Source of the DNA: Pseudomonadota bacterium | GTDB taxonomy: Bacteria > Pseudomonadota > Gammaproteobacteria > Pseudomonadales > Halomonadaceae | Assembly (NCBI GenBank): GCA_051746485.1 | Contig: JBNJFC010000001.1 | Coordinates: 15,002 to 79,001, forward strand | Direction of reading: 5' to 3' | DNA: 64,000 nucleotides | Shown: one piece after another, positions 1 through 9,942 of the stretch | Position numbering within the stretch: the stretch's first letter is position 1 | Layout of the letters: each line of letters opens with the position of its first letter | Program-made: the position numbers and the translations under genes | Notes under the pieces: model-generated | What the model saw: the letters and a program-made list of their open reading frames with translations, nothing else | Database searches by the model: none | Told to the model about the DNA's origin: nothing

Positions 1-1367
1 CCATACTCAAAGAGGGCATTGCGCACGCGTTCAAGCAATTCCGGGTTGCCAGCAACGGCATGAGCATCAAGCATAATCGCAAGCTTCATCAAACTATCGC
101 CATCGCGCGCCTCTACCCAATGCGCAATGCGGTTTGTCCACTGGCTAACCGTGCCGACCCACTCAGGGTTTGAGACCATGATATTGCCCGGGCAAGGCGG
201 GTACCCCAGCTTCACCAATGTATCGGTAAGCCGTTGCATATCGTTTTGTAAGTCGGGCCATTCTAGCGCGTCATCAAGAATCAGGCCGTTATCCTGATCG
301 GTTTTTAGGATCTGCTCTCCACGCCCTTCGCTGCCCATGACCATCATGCAGCTGTCGGCAAAATAGCGCTCATCCACCGTGAATTGCCACGCTTTGTTGA
401 TGATACGGCCGTTGAGCGCGGCAAGAAGATCCATGGCAAAACGCAGCTTCACGCCTTGGGCCATGAGCGCGTTGACTAGCTCCGGCGTGCGGTGGCTGGC
501 GGTAGAGAGGCTTTCAAGGTCATTGGCCTGCTCAACTTGCAGGCTCACCACATAGCTGCGGCTGGAGAAGTAACTCAGTACATCGGTGAGCTCCACCACC
601 CCTTTAAGCGCCTCGCGCTCAACCACCACCACCCGCGAGACTTTATGCCGTGTCATCTGCACCAGCGCTTCAAACAAATACTGCGTAGGCGTCACGGTCA
701 CCAGGGAAAAATGCGCTATGTCGACTACCGGGCAACTTTGCGGCAGCCCATCGAGCACTAGCGCGTTTAACAGATCCGTTTTGGTCACCACACCTAAAGC
801 GTCATCTCGGCGGACTAACAGGCTATCGGCATGGCTGGCATTCAGCTCGCGAACCGCGCCGGCGATGTCCGTGTCGGCTTCCATTAACAGCGGCTCACGC
901 ATGCACTCACTTGCCCGCGCGAGCATAAAGCCTGCCATGGTCACGCCCCCTTCGGCGCGTTTTTCCGTCAGTAGCCTTGCTTTGTGGGCAAGCGACTGGC
1001 GGAAAAAGTCATTGAATTCAGGGTAGGTGCGGCACAACTGCTGAAACAGGACTTTGGGCAGTAAGTAGCACAGACATTCTTGTTCGGCGATAAAACGGTA
1101 GCGGCTTTTGCCGTTGATAATACTGATCGCCCCGAACAGATCGCCGGCGGTATAGTGACCAATACGCGCGGTTGAAGACGGCAGTGTGGGATCAACCTCG
1201 GCCACTTCGCCTTTATGGATCAAAAATACGTACTCACCCGCCTGACCGGTTTCCAAAATTACCTCATCACGGTCGAAGTACGCCATGTCCATGCCGCGGC
1301 GTACGTGCTCCCTACCCGCTTCATCAAGCAGCGTAAACGGGGGTTGCGAAAGATCCACTTCGACCAT
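1..1367 (-). CDS. DUF294-type putative nucleotidyltransferase with N-terminal cNMP-binding and CBS domains (3' end runs off the window)
   Basis: Not in the ORF track because it has no stop in the window. Manual translation from ATG 1367 (SD GAGGTG) gives MVEVDLSQPPF...YVFLIHKGEV (cNMP domain), a CBS region, then VMGSEGRGEQILKTDQDNGLI (GS + DxD NTase motif) and LGYPPCPGNIMVSNPEW. Confidence 0.9.
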   Translation of the reverse strand, partial: MVEVDLSQPPFTLLDEAGREHVRRGMDMAYFDRDEVILETGQAGEYVFLIHKGEVAEVDPTLPSSTARIGHYTAGDLFGAISIINGKSRYRFIAEQECLCYLLPKVLFQQLCRTYPEFNDFFRQSLAHKARLLTEKRAEGGVTMAGFMLARASECMREPLLMEADTDIAGAVRELNASHADSLLVRRDDALGVVTKTDLLNALVLDGLPQSCPVVDIAHFSLVTVTPTQYLFEALVQMTRHKVSRVVVVEREALKGVVELTDVLSYFSSRSYVVSLQVEQANDLESLSTASHRTPELVNALMAQGVKLRFAMDLLAALNGRIINKAWQFTVDERYFADSCMMVMGSEGRGEQILKTDQDNGLILDDALEWPDLQNDMQRLTDTLVKLGYPPCPGNIMVSNPEWVGTVSQWTNRIAHWVEARDGDSLMKLAIMLDAHAVAGNPELLERVRNALFEY

Positions 1368-1927
1368 GGCGGTCACCTCTTATTTTGCGCGTGGCAGTGA
1401 GCGCGCGGCGGCTTTAGCACTATCCGTCGCTGGATAATGCTGATGGTTACCATCAGGAGAACGACTCCACGCCTAGTTATTACTTTTGTGACGCGAGATA
1501 TTGCGATGCGGTTTTGAAGCAAACGGCATTGACACAGACGATGTTGATAGAGACATAATCGGTATACCGATTTTAAGGCGTACTAAGCAAGTCTATTTGC
1601 CTTATACCTTGAGCTATTATCCTTTCGTTGGACTTTATGTTTAGCGACCTTAATACAACTAATGTTTAGTACGGCGCATACAACTAAAGACAAACAAAAA
1701 CCTCACTAAACAAAAGACGGTTTTTTTTCAGCTGATGCATCGACAGTGTTACTGACAACTTCATGACACTCAATGGCACTACGAACAGCCTAACAATGTG
1801 CCTATAAGCGCCCAAAAGGCTATTATCCGATAGTGCAAGCAAGTGCTAATATCACCACCATGAAAATATAAAAATCACTTTTATTTCATGTGCTTATGAC
1901 AAACCATTCAACTTCCAACCCACTTTG

Positions 1928-1939
1928 ATACCAAAGTCT
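1928..1939 (+). promoter_or_regulatory. Putative CrbR/ErdR activator site upstream of DUF4212-actP
   Basis: ATACCAAAGTCT matches the site upstream of acs at 11/12 positions. A TATGAT -10-like hexamer follows at 1969-1974. Confidence 0.55.
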
Positions 1940-1978
1940 GGGATTTAATTTCAGCATTTATTGCCCACTATGATTTAC

Positions 1979-2150
1979 GAGTCATTCAGGTTAATCGCAC
2001 GTCACTAACGACCTCGGTGCCATCAACTGAACACAAAAAGCCAATGGTGCAAAACGCAGGCAATAGATGTGATCAATGAGTGACTTCCAAACGTGCGATT
2101 ACCCTGGTGGGTCATACGCTATTTTGGGTTAACTTTCCAAACCTTAAAAT
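1979..2150 (+). other. Candidate structured 5' leader RNA of DUF4212-actP
   Basis: 1987-2002 CAGGTTAATCGCACGT pairs with 2091-2106 ACGTGCGATTACCCTG (15/16). A second, AT-rich imperfect stem lies at 2121-2150. Confidence 0.4.
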
Positions 2151-2170
2151 CACAAGTGGAGAGCAACACA

Positions 2171-2431
2171 ATGGCAGACGATAAATCTAATGCTGCTGAA
2201 TACTGGAAGGCTAACGTCCGCACGATCGCCGGGTGCTTAGCTGTTTGGGCATTTGTCTCGTACGGATGTGCCATCCTGTTTCGTCCGCTGCTCGCTGGCA
2301 TCCCCGTCGGGGGAACCGACCTGGGCTTTTGGTTCGCTCAGCAAGGTTCCATCCTGACATTCATCGTGCTGATCTTCTTCTACGCCTGGAAGATGAACAA
2401 GCTCGACGAAAAATACGGCCTGGGGGAGTAA
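2171..2431 (+). CDS. DUF4212 small membrane protein (partner of the solute:sodium symporter)
   Basis: YWKAN...LGFWFAQQGSI motif and two TM segments. ATG 2171 with SD GGAG; immediately precedes the SSS gene. Confidence 0.9.
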   Translation: MADDKSNAAEYWKANVRTIAGCLAVWAFVSYGCAILFRPLLAGIPVGGTDLGFWFAQQGSILTFIVLIFFYAWKMNKLDEKYGLGE

Positions 2432-2437
2432 GCCAAC

Positions 2438-4234
2438 ATGAGCCAGTTTGCAATTAACTTACTGTTCGTCGGCGCTTCCTTTGCCCTCTACATCGGCATT
2501 GCCGTGTGGGCGCGCGCCGGCTCAACCAAAGATTTCTATGTCGCAGGCGGCGGTGTCCATCCCATTACCAACGGGATGGCCACTGCTGCTGACTGGATGT
2601 CCGCGGCATCGTTTATCTCAATGGCGGGTCTGCTTGCTTCAGGGGGTTACGCTAACTCGACCTTCCTGATGGGCTGGACCGGCGGCTATGTCATTTTGGC
2701 CATGCTGCTCGCGCCTTACCTGCGTAAGTTCGGCAAATTCACGGTACCCGACTTTATCGGTGACCGTTTCTACAGCCGTACCGCGCGCCTTGTCGCCGTT
2801 ATCTGCTTGATCGTGGCCTCGGTCACTTACGTTATCGGCCAGATGACCGGTGCCGGTGTTGCCTTCTCGCGCTTTCTGGAAGTGCCGAACACCGCTGGTA
2901 TCTGGATTGCCGCGCTGATCGTTTTCCTCTACGCCGTATTCGGTGGTATGAAAGGCATCACCTATACGCAGGTAGCGCAGTACGTAGTACTGATCATTGC
3001 CTATACCATTCCGGCGGTGTTCATTGCTATGCAGCTGACCGGCAACCCCATCCCGATGTTCGGTATGTTCAGCACCCACACGGAATCCGGTATTCCGATG
3101 TTAACCAAGCTCAATGAAGTCGTGAATGCGCTTGGCTTCCGCGACTATACCGCCGATGTGGACAACAAGCTCAACATGGTGCTGTTTACCCTGTCGCTGA
3201 TGGTGGGTACTGCGGGTCTACCACACGTTATCATTCGCTTTTTCACCGTGCCGAAAGTCGCTGACGCACGCTGGTCGGCAGGCTGGGCGCTGGTATTCAT
3301 CGCGCTGCTTTACCTCACCGCACCGGCGGTTGGTTCCATGGCGCGCTTAAACCTCGCCACGACGGTTTATCCAGAAATGGCGGGGCAAGTAGAAGACTAT
3401 GACGCTGCTGCTCGTGAAGCGCTGGTCTACGAAGAGCGTCCTGGCTGGATCCGCACCTGGGAAGAAACCGGCCTGATCCAATTCGAGGACAAGAACAACG
3501 ATGGTCGCGTTCAGGTCTACAACGATAGCAATGAAGACTATGCCGAAATTGCTGAGTCACGTGGCTGGGAAGGTAGCGAGCTGACCGTCAATAACGACAT
3601 CCTCGTACTTGCCAACCCGGAAATTGCGAATCTTCCGCCCTGGGTTATCGGTCTGATTGCCGCCGGTGGTATCGCTGCCGCACTCTCAACCGCTGCTGGC
3701 CTGCTCTTGGCGATTTCTTCGGCGATCAGTCACGACTTGATCAAGACGATGATCAATCCGAAGATCAGCGAGAAAGGCGAAATGTTGGCCGCGCGTATTT
3801 CCATGGCGGGTGCCATCCTGTTGGCAACGTACCTTGGCCTCAACCCACCCGGGTTTGCCGCGCAAACCGTAGCCCTTGCCTTCGGTATCGCCGGTGCTTC
3901 ACTCTTCCCGGCACTGATGATGGGGATCTTCTCCAAGCGCATTAATAACCGGGGCGCCGTTGCCGGCATGCTGGCAGGCCTTATTACCACCCTGCTGTAT
4001 ATCTTCACCTACTTGGGTTGGTTCTTTGTGCCGGAAACCAACATGCTGCCGAACACACCGGAAAACTGGATCTTTGGCATCTCGCCACTCTCTTTCGGTG
4101 CGATCGGTGCTATGATCAACTTCGCGGTTGCCTTCTCCGTGGCCAGTGTCACAGAAGAACCGCCGCAAGAAATTCAGGACCTGGTGGAAAGCGTTCGCTA
4201 TCCGAAAGGTGCTGGTGGTGCCGTGGATCACTAA
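2438..4234 (+). CDS. actP: Cation/acetate symporter ActP-like (sodium:solute symporter family)
   Basis: NGMATAADWMSAASF, KFGKFTVPDFIGDRF and GTAGLPHVIIRFFTVP motifs; next to acs and crbSR. Confidence 0.88.
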   Translation: MSQFAINLLFVGASFALYIGIAVWARAGSTKDFYVAGGGVHPITNGMATAADWMSAASFISMAGLLASGGYANSTFLMGWTGGYVILAMLLAPYLRKFGKFTVPDFIGDRFYSRTARLVAVICLIVASVTYVIGQMTGAGVAFSRFLEVPNTAGIWIAALIVFLYAVFGGMKGITYTQVAQYVVLIIAYTIPAVFIAMQLTGNPIPMFGMFSTHTESGIPMLTKLNEVVNALGFRDYTADVDNKLNMVLFTLSLMVGTAGLPHVIIRFFTVPKVADARWSAGWALVFIALLYLTAPAVGSMARLNLATTVYPEMAGQVEDYDAAAREALVYEERPGWIRTWEETGLIQFEDKNNDGRVQVYNDSNEDYAEIAESRGWEGSELTVNNDILVLANPEIANLPPWVIGLIAAGGIAAALSTAAGLLLAISSAISHDLIKTMINPKISEKGEMLAARISMAGAILLATYLGLNPPGFAAQTVALAFGIAGASLFPALMMGIFSKRINNRGAVAGMLAGLITTLLYIFTYLGWFFVPETNMLPNTPENWIFGISPLSFGAIGAMINFAVAFSVASVTEEPPQEIQDLVESVRYPKGAGGAVDH

Positions 4235-4264
4235 ATCATCATAGTGACCTAGTCACCCACGTTT

Positions 4265-4335
4265 CCGGGCGCGGCTTACGTACCGCGCCCGGTTCAATAA
4301 CGCTTCGGGCTTCCTTAGGGAGGCCCGATTGCTTT
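4265..4335 (+). terminator. Tandem GC-rich hairpins after actP (probable terminator or mRNA stabiliser)
   Basis: CCGGGCGCGG-loop-CCGCGCCCGG (4265-4292) and TCGGGCTTCC-TTAG-GGAGGCCCGA (4305-4328), followed by TTGCTTT. Confidence 0.65.
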
Positions 4336-4364
4336 CAGAAAGCTTCTTTCGGAAAGGATAGAGT

Positions 4365-4880
4365 ATGATCTGGCACTTAATTGCCGCCGTCTTTGCTGGC
4401 CTGGCAGCTGCAGGGATAGGCCTACTGCTACGTACCTTAAGCGCCAAGCGGCTACCTAAATGGATCGTGCCGGTGTTTGGCGGGCTCGGGATGCTCAGCT
4501 ATCAAATTTATACTGAATACAGCTGGTTTGAGTACAAGCAACAGCAACTTCCGGCATCGGCAGAAGTCGTCTCAAGCCAAAAAAGCAGCGCGGTTTGGCG
4601 CCCGTGGACCTTTGCCTTCCCGATCACTAAAGAGTTTACCGTGATCGACCGAGACAGCGTGCGTTTGAGCGAGGGCACACCCGTCTTGGCCGAATTCATG
4701 CTTTACCATTTTGAGCACCATCATGCCGATGTGGTTACCCCACAAGCGTATGTGCTGAACTGTCGCTCGCGTGAACTTATGCCGCTGGCTAGCGACACTG
4801 GCGAACCCGATGTTGAGGCAATGCGCACGCTGCGCAGCGACTCTGGGATTTATACCGCTATTTGCAACGCACCCAGCTAA
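4365..4880 (+). CDS. Hypothetical membrane-anchored protein (two N-terminal TM helices, WRPWT motif)
   Basis: 171-aa ORF with SD AAGGA, a hydrophobic N-terminus and a soluble C-terminal region with 2 Cys. Confidence 0.75.
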   Translation: MIWHLIAAVFAGLAAAGIGLLLRTLSAKRLPKWIVPVFGGLGMLSYQIYTEYSWFEYKQQQLPASAEVVSSQKSSAVWRPWTFAFPITKEFTVIDRDSVRLSEGTPVLAEFMLYHFEHHHADVVTPQAYVLNCRSRELMPLASDTGEPDVEAMRTLRSDSGIYTAICNAPS

Positions 4881-4941
4881 ACCACTACTCGATACCCACT
4901 ACGTAATAAAGCACTACACTATAAACCACTACGCGATAAAA
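4878..4941. repeat. Degenerate 14-15 bp tandem repeat, 4 copies
   Basis: CACTAC-NNN-ATA at 4883, 4897, 4912 and 4927. Confidence 0.8.
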
Positions 4942-5064
4942 CCTTTCGCAAAACGACACCCGCCCTTTAGCACTGACGCTTGGGTCAATTTCCCCTAGAA
5001 TGAGCCTTTTTGAGCGGCAATGGGCAAAACAGCGTTGCTGTAAGGCTTTGCGCGGGAGCGTCTT

Positions 5065-8000
5065 ATGTTTCATGGTGGGCTACTGGTCGCGGTATCGCTT
5101 TTGTACATCGCGGTACTCTTTGGCATCGCGTGGTACGGTGACCGCCGGGCGCGACTCCATGGCGCCAGCCGCCGTCGGCCGATTATCTACAGCCTCGCAC
5201 TGGCGATTTACTGCACGTCGTGGACGTTTTACGGCGCAGTGGGTCAAGCCGCCACGGAAGGCTGGTCGTTTGCCAGCATTTTCGTCGGCCCCATTCTTAC
5301 CTTCTTACTCTTCTGGCCAGTACTGGCCAAAATGATTCGTGTCGCCAAACACCAAAACGTGACGTCCATTGCCGATTTCATCGCTTCGCGCTATGGCAAA
5401 GCCCAATCGCTTGCCGCCTTTGCTAGCCTAGTCGCCCTCGTCGGCACTCTGCCCTATATCGCCCTACAGCTGAAAGCGGTTTCCACCTCGTTTAGCGTGT
5501 TAACCGATGCCACCGATGTCACGCATACGCCGCTTTTCGGTGATACCGCGTTTTACATCGCCATTGTGATGGCGGCCTTCGCTATCCTGTTCGGCACTCG
5601 TCATACTGATGCCACCGAGCACCACGAAGGGCTGATTCACGCCGTGGCGTTTGAATCCATGGTGAAGCTCGTGGCGTTTCTCGTGCTTGGCGCGTTTGTC
5701 ACCTGGGGGATGTTTGACGGTCTCGGCGAGTTAATGGGCTTTGCCGAAACCCAACTGGAACTTCAACGCCAGCTAGCAAACCAAGATTTCGGCCAGGGTT
5801 TCTGGGCGCAGACGCTGCTCGCAATGCTGGCAATTCTCTGCCTGCCACGCCAATTCCATGTCGCCGTGGTAGAAAACACGCACTCTGACGATGCCAGCAA
5901 GGCACGCTGGCTCTTCCCTCTTTACCTTGTCGCTATCGCGTTTTTTGTCGTTCCGCTGGCGGCAGCGGGTTTATGGCTGTTCGCCGATACCTCGGTGGAG
6001 CCTGACAGTTACGTGCTCTCGTTGGCCATGGCCTCGGGCCAGGATTGGCTAACGCTTTTAACCTTTATTGGCGGGTTTTCCGCGTCTACCGGCATGGTCA
6101 TTGTGGCGGCGGTCGCAGTGTCGATCATGATCTCTAACGAGATCGTCATCCCGGCGCTGTTCCGCTTACGCTGGTTTGACACCAAGGCCCGCGACTACGG
6201 CCGTTTGGTGCTGCGCGCACGCCGGTTGACCATCGTGGCCGTACTCGCCATGGCATACGGCTTCTATCATTTGATTGCCGAGTTCTCCTCACTGGCCGCT
6301 ATCGGCATGCTCTCCTTTGCCGCTGCGGCACAGTTTGCGCCAGCCATCATCGGGGGGCTTTACTGGAAACGCGGCAACCGCCTGGGGGTCATTGCCGGCA
6401 TGAATACCGGCTTTGCTATCTGGGCCTATAGCCTGCTCATGCCGGCCATGATTAACGCAGGCGTGCTGCCAAACACATGGTTTGACGGTGGCCCCCTCGG
6501 CTTAGCTTGGCTTGCGCCGACGGCGCTGTTTGGCCTTAATCTCGGCGACAGTTTTACCCACGGCGTGATGCTTTCTCTCGGCGTCAATCTGTTCTGCTAT
6601 ATCTTTGTCTCCCAGGTGACATCACAGCGCGTGATTGAACGCATTCAAGCGTCTTTATTTGTCGATAGCGTTGAGACGCGCCAAACGTCGGTCAACCGCC
6701 CGTGGACAGGCGCAACCACCGTGGGCGACTTAAAAGTGCTATGCGAGCGCTTTTTAGGCGCTGGCCAAGTGGAGCGCGCCTTCGACGACTACGCACGTCG
6801 TACCGGCAAACCGTTGGAGGAGAGCACCCGCGCGTCTATTGATGTCATCCAGTTTACCGAACGCTTTTTGGCCTCGGTGCTCGGGGCCTCCTCAGCCCGC
6901 ATCGTGGTCAACTCAGCGCTTCAAGGGCGCGGCATCGGTATTTCCGATGTTATCTCAATTGTTGACGAAGCATCGCAAGTGCTGGAATTTAACCGCGCGT
7001 TGCTACAGGCCACGATCGAGAACATTAACCAGGGCATCAGCGTCGTCGATCAAAACCTGCGCTTGGTGGTATGGAACCAGCGCTATTTAGAGCTCTTCCG
7101 CTTTCCTGATCATCTCATTCGTGTCGGCGCGCCGATAGATCGCATTTTTCGTTATAACGCCCACAACGGCGAATACGGCCCCGGCGACCCGGAAGAGCAC
7201 GTGCAACTGTTGCTCGATAATATCCGCGAAGGACAACCTCACCGTTACGTACGCTATCGCCAAGATGGCAGCGTACTCGAAGTTCAGGGCAACCCGATGC
7301 CTGGTGGTGGTTTCGTCTATACGTACCAGGACATTACCCAGCAAAAGCGTATCGAAGAGGCGTTGATTCGCTCGGAAAATAATATCCGTATTTACACCGA
7401 CAACGTCCCGGCACTGATCGCCTATTTTGATAAAGAGGGTCGCTACCTGTTTACCAACCGGGCTTATGAGCAGGCCTTCAACATCGACCGCAATGCGGTA
7501 ATCGGCAAACGCTACGAAGACGTTCTGCCGCTGAAACAGTCCGAAGAACGCGCACCGTGGGTCGACAAAACCCTACAGGGCGAGCGGGTCAGCTTTGAGG
7601 TCTCGCTGCGCTTAAACGGTGCGATGCGCTATATGTTGGTGACCTACACGCCGCACTTTGGCGACAGCCAGTCGATTCTCGGCTTTTTTGCCCTCTACCA
7701 AGACATTACCGAACGTCGCCAGGCCGAAATCGCCCTCAAAGAGACCAATGAAACGCTGGAAGAGCGAGTGCGTGAGCGCACACAAGCGCTATCAGAAGCT
7801 AACGCAGCGCTACGCCAGGAGAACCGCGTACGTGCCGAAGCCGAGCAGGCACTGCGCCAAGCCAAGCAAGTGGCCGAAGACGCCAATGCATCGAAAACGC
7901 GCTTTCTGGCCGCGGCGAGCCACGACTTACTTCAACCGCTTAACGCCGCGCGGCTATTCACCTCGGCGCTGCTGCACGATATGCAAGACGCAAACCATCA

Positions 8001-9006
8001 ACGCACCATCGGCCATATCGATAACTCGTTGCAAGCCGCTGAAGAGCTTCTAGGTACCCTGCTGGATATTTCCAAGCTCGATGCCGGCGCGCTGACCCCA
8101 CGACGCAGTCACTTCGCGCTTGCGGATATTTTTCGGCCACTCCGCGCAGAGTTCGACGTCATGGCGGATGATCGCGGATTGGATTTAGACGTCGTCACGA
8201 CTCAGCAGTGGGTCGACTCCGACCCGCAAATGCTGCGCCGGATTATTCAAAACTTCCTCTCCAACGCGCTGCGCTACACCCAAGAGGGCCGTGTACTGCT
8301 CGGCTGTCGCCGCCATGGCGAGCGTTTGAGTATCGAGGTATGGGATTCCGGCCCCGGGATTCCTGACTCCAAGCTTTCCGAAATCTTTCAGGAATTTCGC
8401 CGTTTGGATCAAACCTCACGGCACAAAGAGAGCGAGAAAGGTCTAGGGCTGGGGCTTTCGATTGCCGACCGTATGAGCCGCGTGTTGGATCACCCGATCA
8501 AAGTACGCTCGTGGGAAGAAAGAGGGACGGTTTTTGCCGTCAGCGTCCCTATCGTCGCAGCCAGAGAGATAAGCGAGGCCGATCAGGAGCCGAAGACCCG
8601 CCGCGCCAGCAACAAGCTCGCCAGCACCCGTATTGTCTGTATCGACAACGAGACGCTGATTCTGGAAGGTATGACGGCCATGCTCAGCGGCTGGGGTTGC
8701 GAAGTATTTACCGCCACCAGCATTGGCGGCGCTAAATCCATTCTGCGCAATATGGACGGCGATCCCGACGCTATTCTTGCTGACTACCACCTCGATAACG
8801 AAGTCACCGGATTAATGGCGCTAGAAGCACTGAGCGAGCGACTGGAAGGCGTGGTGCCAGGGATTGTGATCACCGCTGATAGAACGGAAGACGTGGCAGA
8901 AGAGGTAAAACGCGCCGGTTACCAGCTGCTGCTCAAGCCAGTGCGCCCGGCGGCGCTACGTGCCCTGCTTACCCGCACACTGCAAGCAAACCGGGCAACG
9001 CAATAA
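5065..9006 (+). CDS. crbS: Hybrid sensor kinase CrbS/MxtR (SLC5 transporter-like, STAC, PAS, HisKA, HATPase, REC)
   Basis: N-terminal SSS-like TM region (YCTSWTFYGAVG), STAC-like segment (ERFLASVLGASSARIV), two PAS regions, H-box FLAAASHDLLQPL, G-boxes and a C-terminal receiver. Confidence 0.9.
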   Translation: MFHGGLLVAVSLLYIAVLFGIAWYGDRRARLHGASRRRPIIYSLALAIYCTSWTFYGAVGQAATEGWSFASIFVGPILTFLLFWPVLAKMIRVAKHQNVTSIADFIASRYGKAQSLAAFASLVALVGTLPYIALQLKAVSTSFSVLTDATDVTHTPLFGDTAFYIAIVMAAFAILFGTRHTDATEHHEGLIHAVAFESMVKLVAFLVLGAFVTWGMFDGLGELMGFAETQLELQRQLANQDFGQGFWAQTLLAMLAILCLPRQFHVAVVENTHSDDASKARWLFPLYLVAIAFFVVPLAAAGLWLFADTSVEPDSYVLSLAMASGQDWLTLLTFIGGFSASTGMVIVAAVAVSIMISNEIVIPALFRLRWFDTKARDYGRLVLRARRLTIVAVLAMAYGFYHLIAEFSSLAAIGMLSFAAAAQFAPAIIGGLYWKRGNRLGVIAGMNTGFAIWAYSLLMPAMINAGVLPNTWFDGGPLGLAWLAPTALFGLNLGDSFTHGVMLSLGVNLFCYIFVSQVTSQRVIERIQASLFVDSVETRQTSVNRPWTGATTVGDLKVLCERFLGAGQVERAFDDYARRTGKPLEESTRASIDVIQFTERFLASVLGASSARIVVNSALQGRGIGISDVISIVDEASQVLEFNRALLQATIENINQGISVVDQNLRLVVWNQRYLELFRFPDHLIRVGAPIDRIFRYNAHNGEYGPGDPEEHVQLLLDNIREGQPHRYVRYRQDGSVLEVQGNPMPGGGFVYTYQDITQQKRIEEALIRSENNIRIYTDNVPALIAYFDKEGRYLFTNRAYEQAFNIDRNAVIGKRYEDVLPLKQSEERAPWVDKTLQGERVSFEVSLRLNGAMRYMLVTYTPHFGDSQSILGFFALYQDITERRQAEIALKETNETLEERVRERTQALSEANAALRQENRVRAEAEQALRQAKQVAEDANASKTRFLAAASHDLLQPLNAARLFTSALLHDMQDANHQRTIGHIDNSLQAAEELLGTLLDISKLDAGALTPRRSHFALADIFRPLRAEFDVMADDRGLDLDVVTTQQWVDSDPQMLRRIIQNFLSNALRYTQEGRVLLGCRRHGERLSIEVWDSGPGIPDSKLSEIFQEFRRLDQTSRHKESEKGLGLGLSIADRMSRVLDHPIKVRSWEERGTVFAVSVPIVAAREISEADQEPKTRRASNKLASTRIVCIDNETLILEGMTAMLSGWGCEVFTATSIGGAKSILRNMDGDPDAILADYHLDNEVTGLMALEALSERLEGVVPGIVITADRTEDVAEEVKRAGYQLLLKPVRPAALRALLTRTLQANRATQ

Positions 9007-9037
9007 TCGTTACGTTAAAGCCTGCCTTACGGGCCGC

Positions 9038-9700
9038 TTAAGACTCAACCTTAGGCGGCTCGACTTCCAGCTTTTGCGCAGCAATGACGGCCTGAGTGCG
9101 CGAGTGCACACCCAATTTACGCAAAATCGCCGTCACGTGCGCTTTAATGGTCGCCTCAGAGACACTTAACTCGTAAGCAATTTGCTTGTTTAAAAGCCCT
9201 TCGGTGAGCATGTTCAGCACGCGGAACTGCTGCGGCGTAAGAGAAGCAATCGCCTCGGCAAAGCGAGTTTCTTCTTCATTGGTCTCATCGAGCACGCCCG
9301 CTAAGGCTTCGGGCAACCACACTTCCCCGTCTAAAATCTCTCCTACCGCTTCAGCAATCAGCTGTAGCGAGGAAGACTTGGGGATAAAGCCCGAGGCACC
9401 GTAATCAATCGCACGGCGTACCACATAAGGCTCGTCGCTACCCGATACCACCGCCACCGGGATATCGGGCATTTGTCCACGTAATTGAATCAGCCCAGAA
9501 AAACCGTGGGCGCCCGGCATGTGTAAATCCAGAAGGATCAAGTCGGCGTCTGGGTGGCGATTCACCACCTCCGTCGTTGCTTCCATTGTGTCAGCTTCGA
9601 CAATTTCAGCCTGCGGGGCTAGTTGACGCAATGCTTGTGTCAACGCAGCACGAAACAGGGGATGGTCGTCTGCGACGATAAATTTATGGGCGATTGCCAT
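9038..9700 (-). CDS. crbR: LuxR/NarL-family response regulator CrbR/ErdR
   Basis: ADDHPLFR...LLDLHMPG receiver and LTPQQFRVL...LLNKQIAYELSVSEATIKAHV HTH; sits between crbS and acs. Confidence 0.88.
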   Translation of the reverse strand: MAIAHKFIVADDHPLFRAALTQALRQLAPQAEIVEADTMEATTEVVNRHPDADLILLDLHMPGAHGFSGLIQLRGQMPDIPVAVVSGSDEPYVVRRAIDYGASGFIPKSSSLQLIAEAVGEILDGEVWLPEALAGVLDETNEEETRFAEAIASLTPQQFRVLNMLTEGLLNKQIAYELSVSEATIKAHVTAILRKLGVHSRTQAVIAAQKLEVEPPKVES

Positions 9701-9866
9701 GGATGTTCCTCCGGTTTCTTATGCAGCAGTCACAACAAGCTACCCGCCGCGACGCTAGGCCATACGCTTGGAACGTATACGTTGGCAGCATGGTACCCCA
9801 TGCCCTTCTCTATTCCCAAGCCTAGCGTGGACAATTTGTCGCATTTAAGGCGATAACTTAGAAACA

Positions 9867-9894
9867 ACTGTGCCGGCTCAAGAGCCGGCACAGT
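9867..9894 (-). terminator. Intrinsic terminator of acs
   Basis: Perfect inverted repeat ACTGTGCCGGCTC-AA-GAGCCGGCACAGT, followed by TGTTT on the minus strand. Confidence 0.75.
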
Positions 9895-9942
9895 ATTAAC
9901 CGCTGAATGATGAGTGGTCTTGCGTTATTTCAGCATTAACAA

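Noticed and set aside
492-1400. Short ORFs listed in the track (492-761, 586-1026, 968-1195, 1215-1400)
   Set aside because: They are shadows of the real minus-strand DUF294 gene (1367 to <1) and carry no recognisable motifs.
2093-2170. GTG-started N-terminal extension of DUF4212
   Set aside because: It has no SD. The family-like sequence starts at ATG 2171, which has GGAG.
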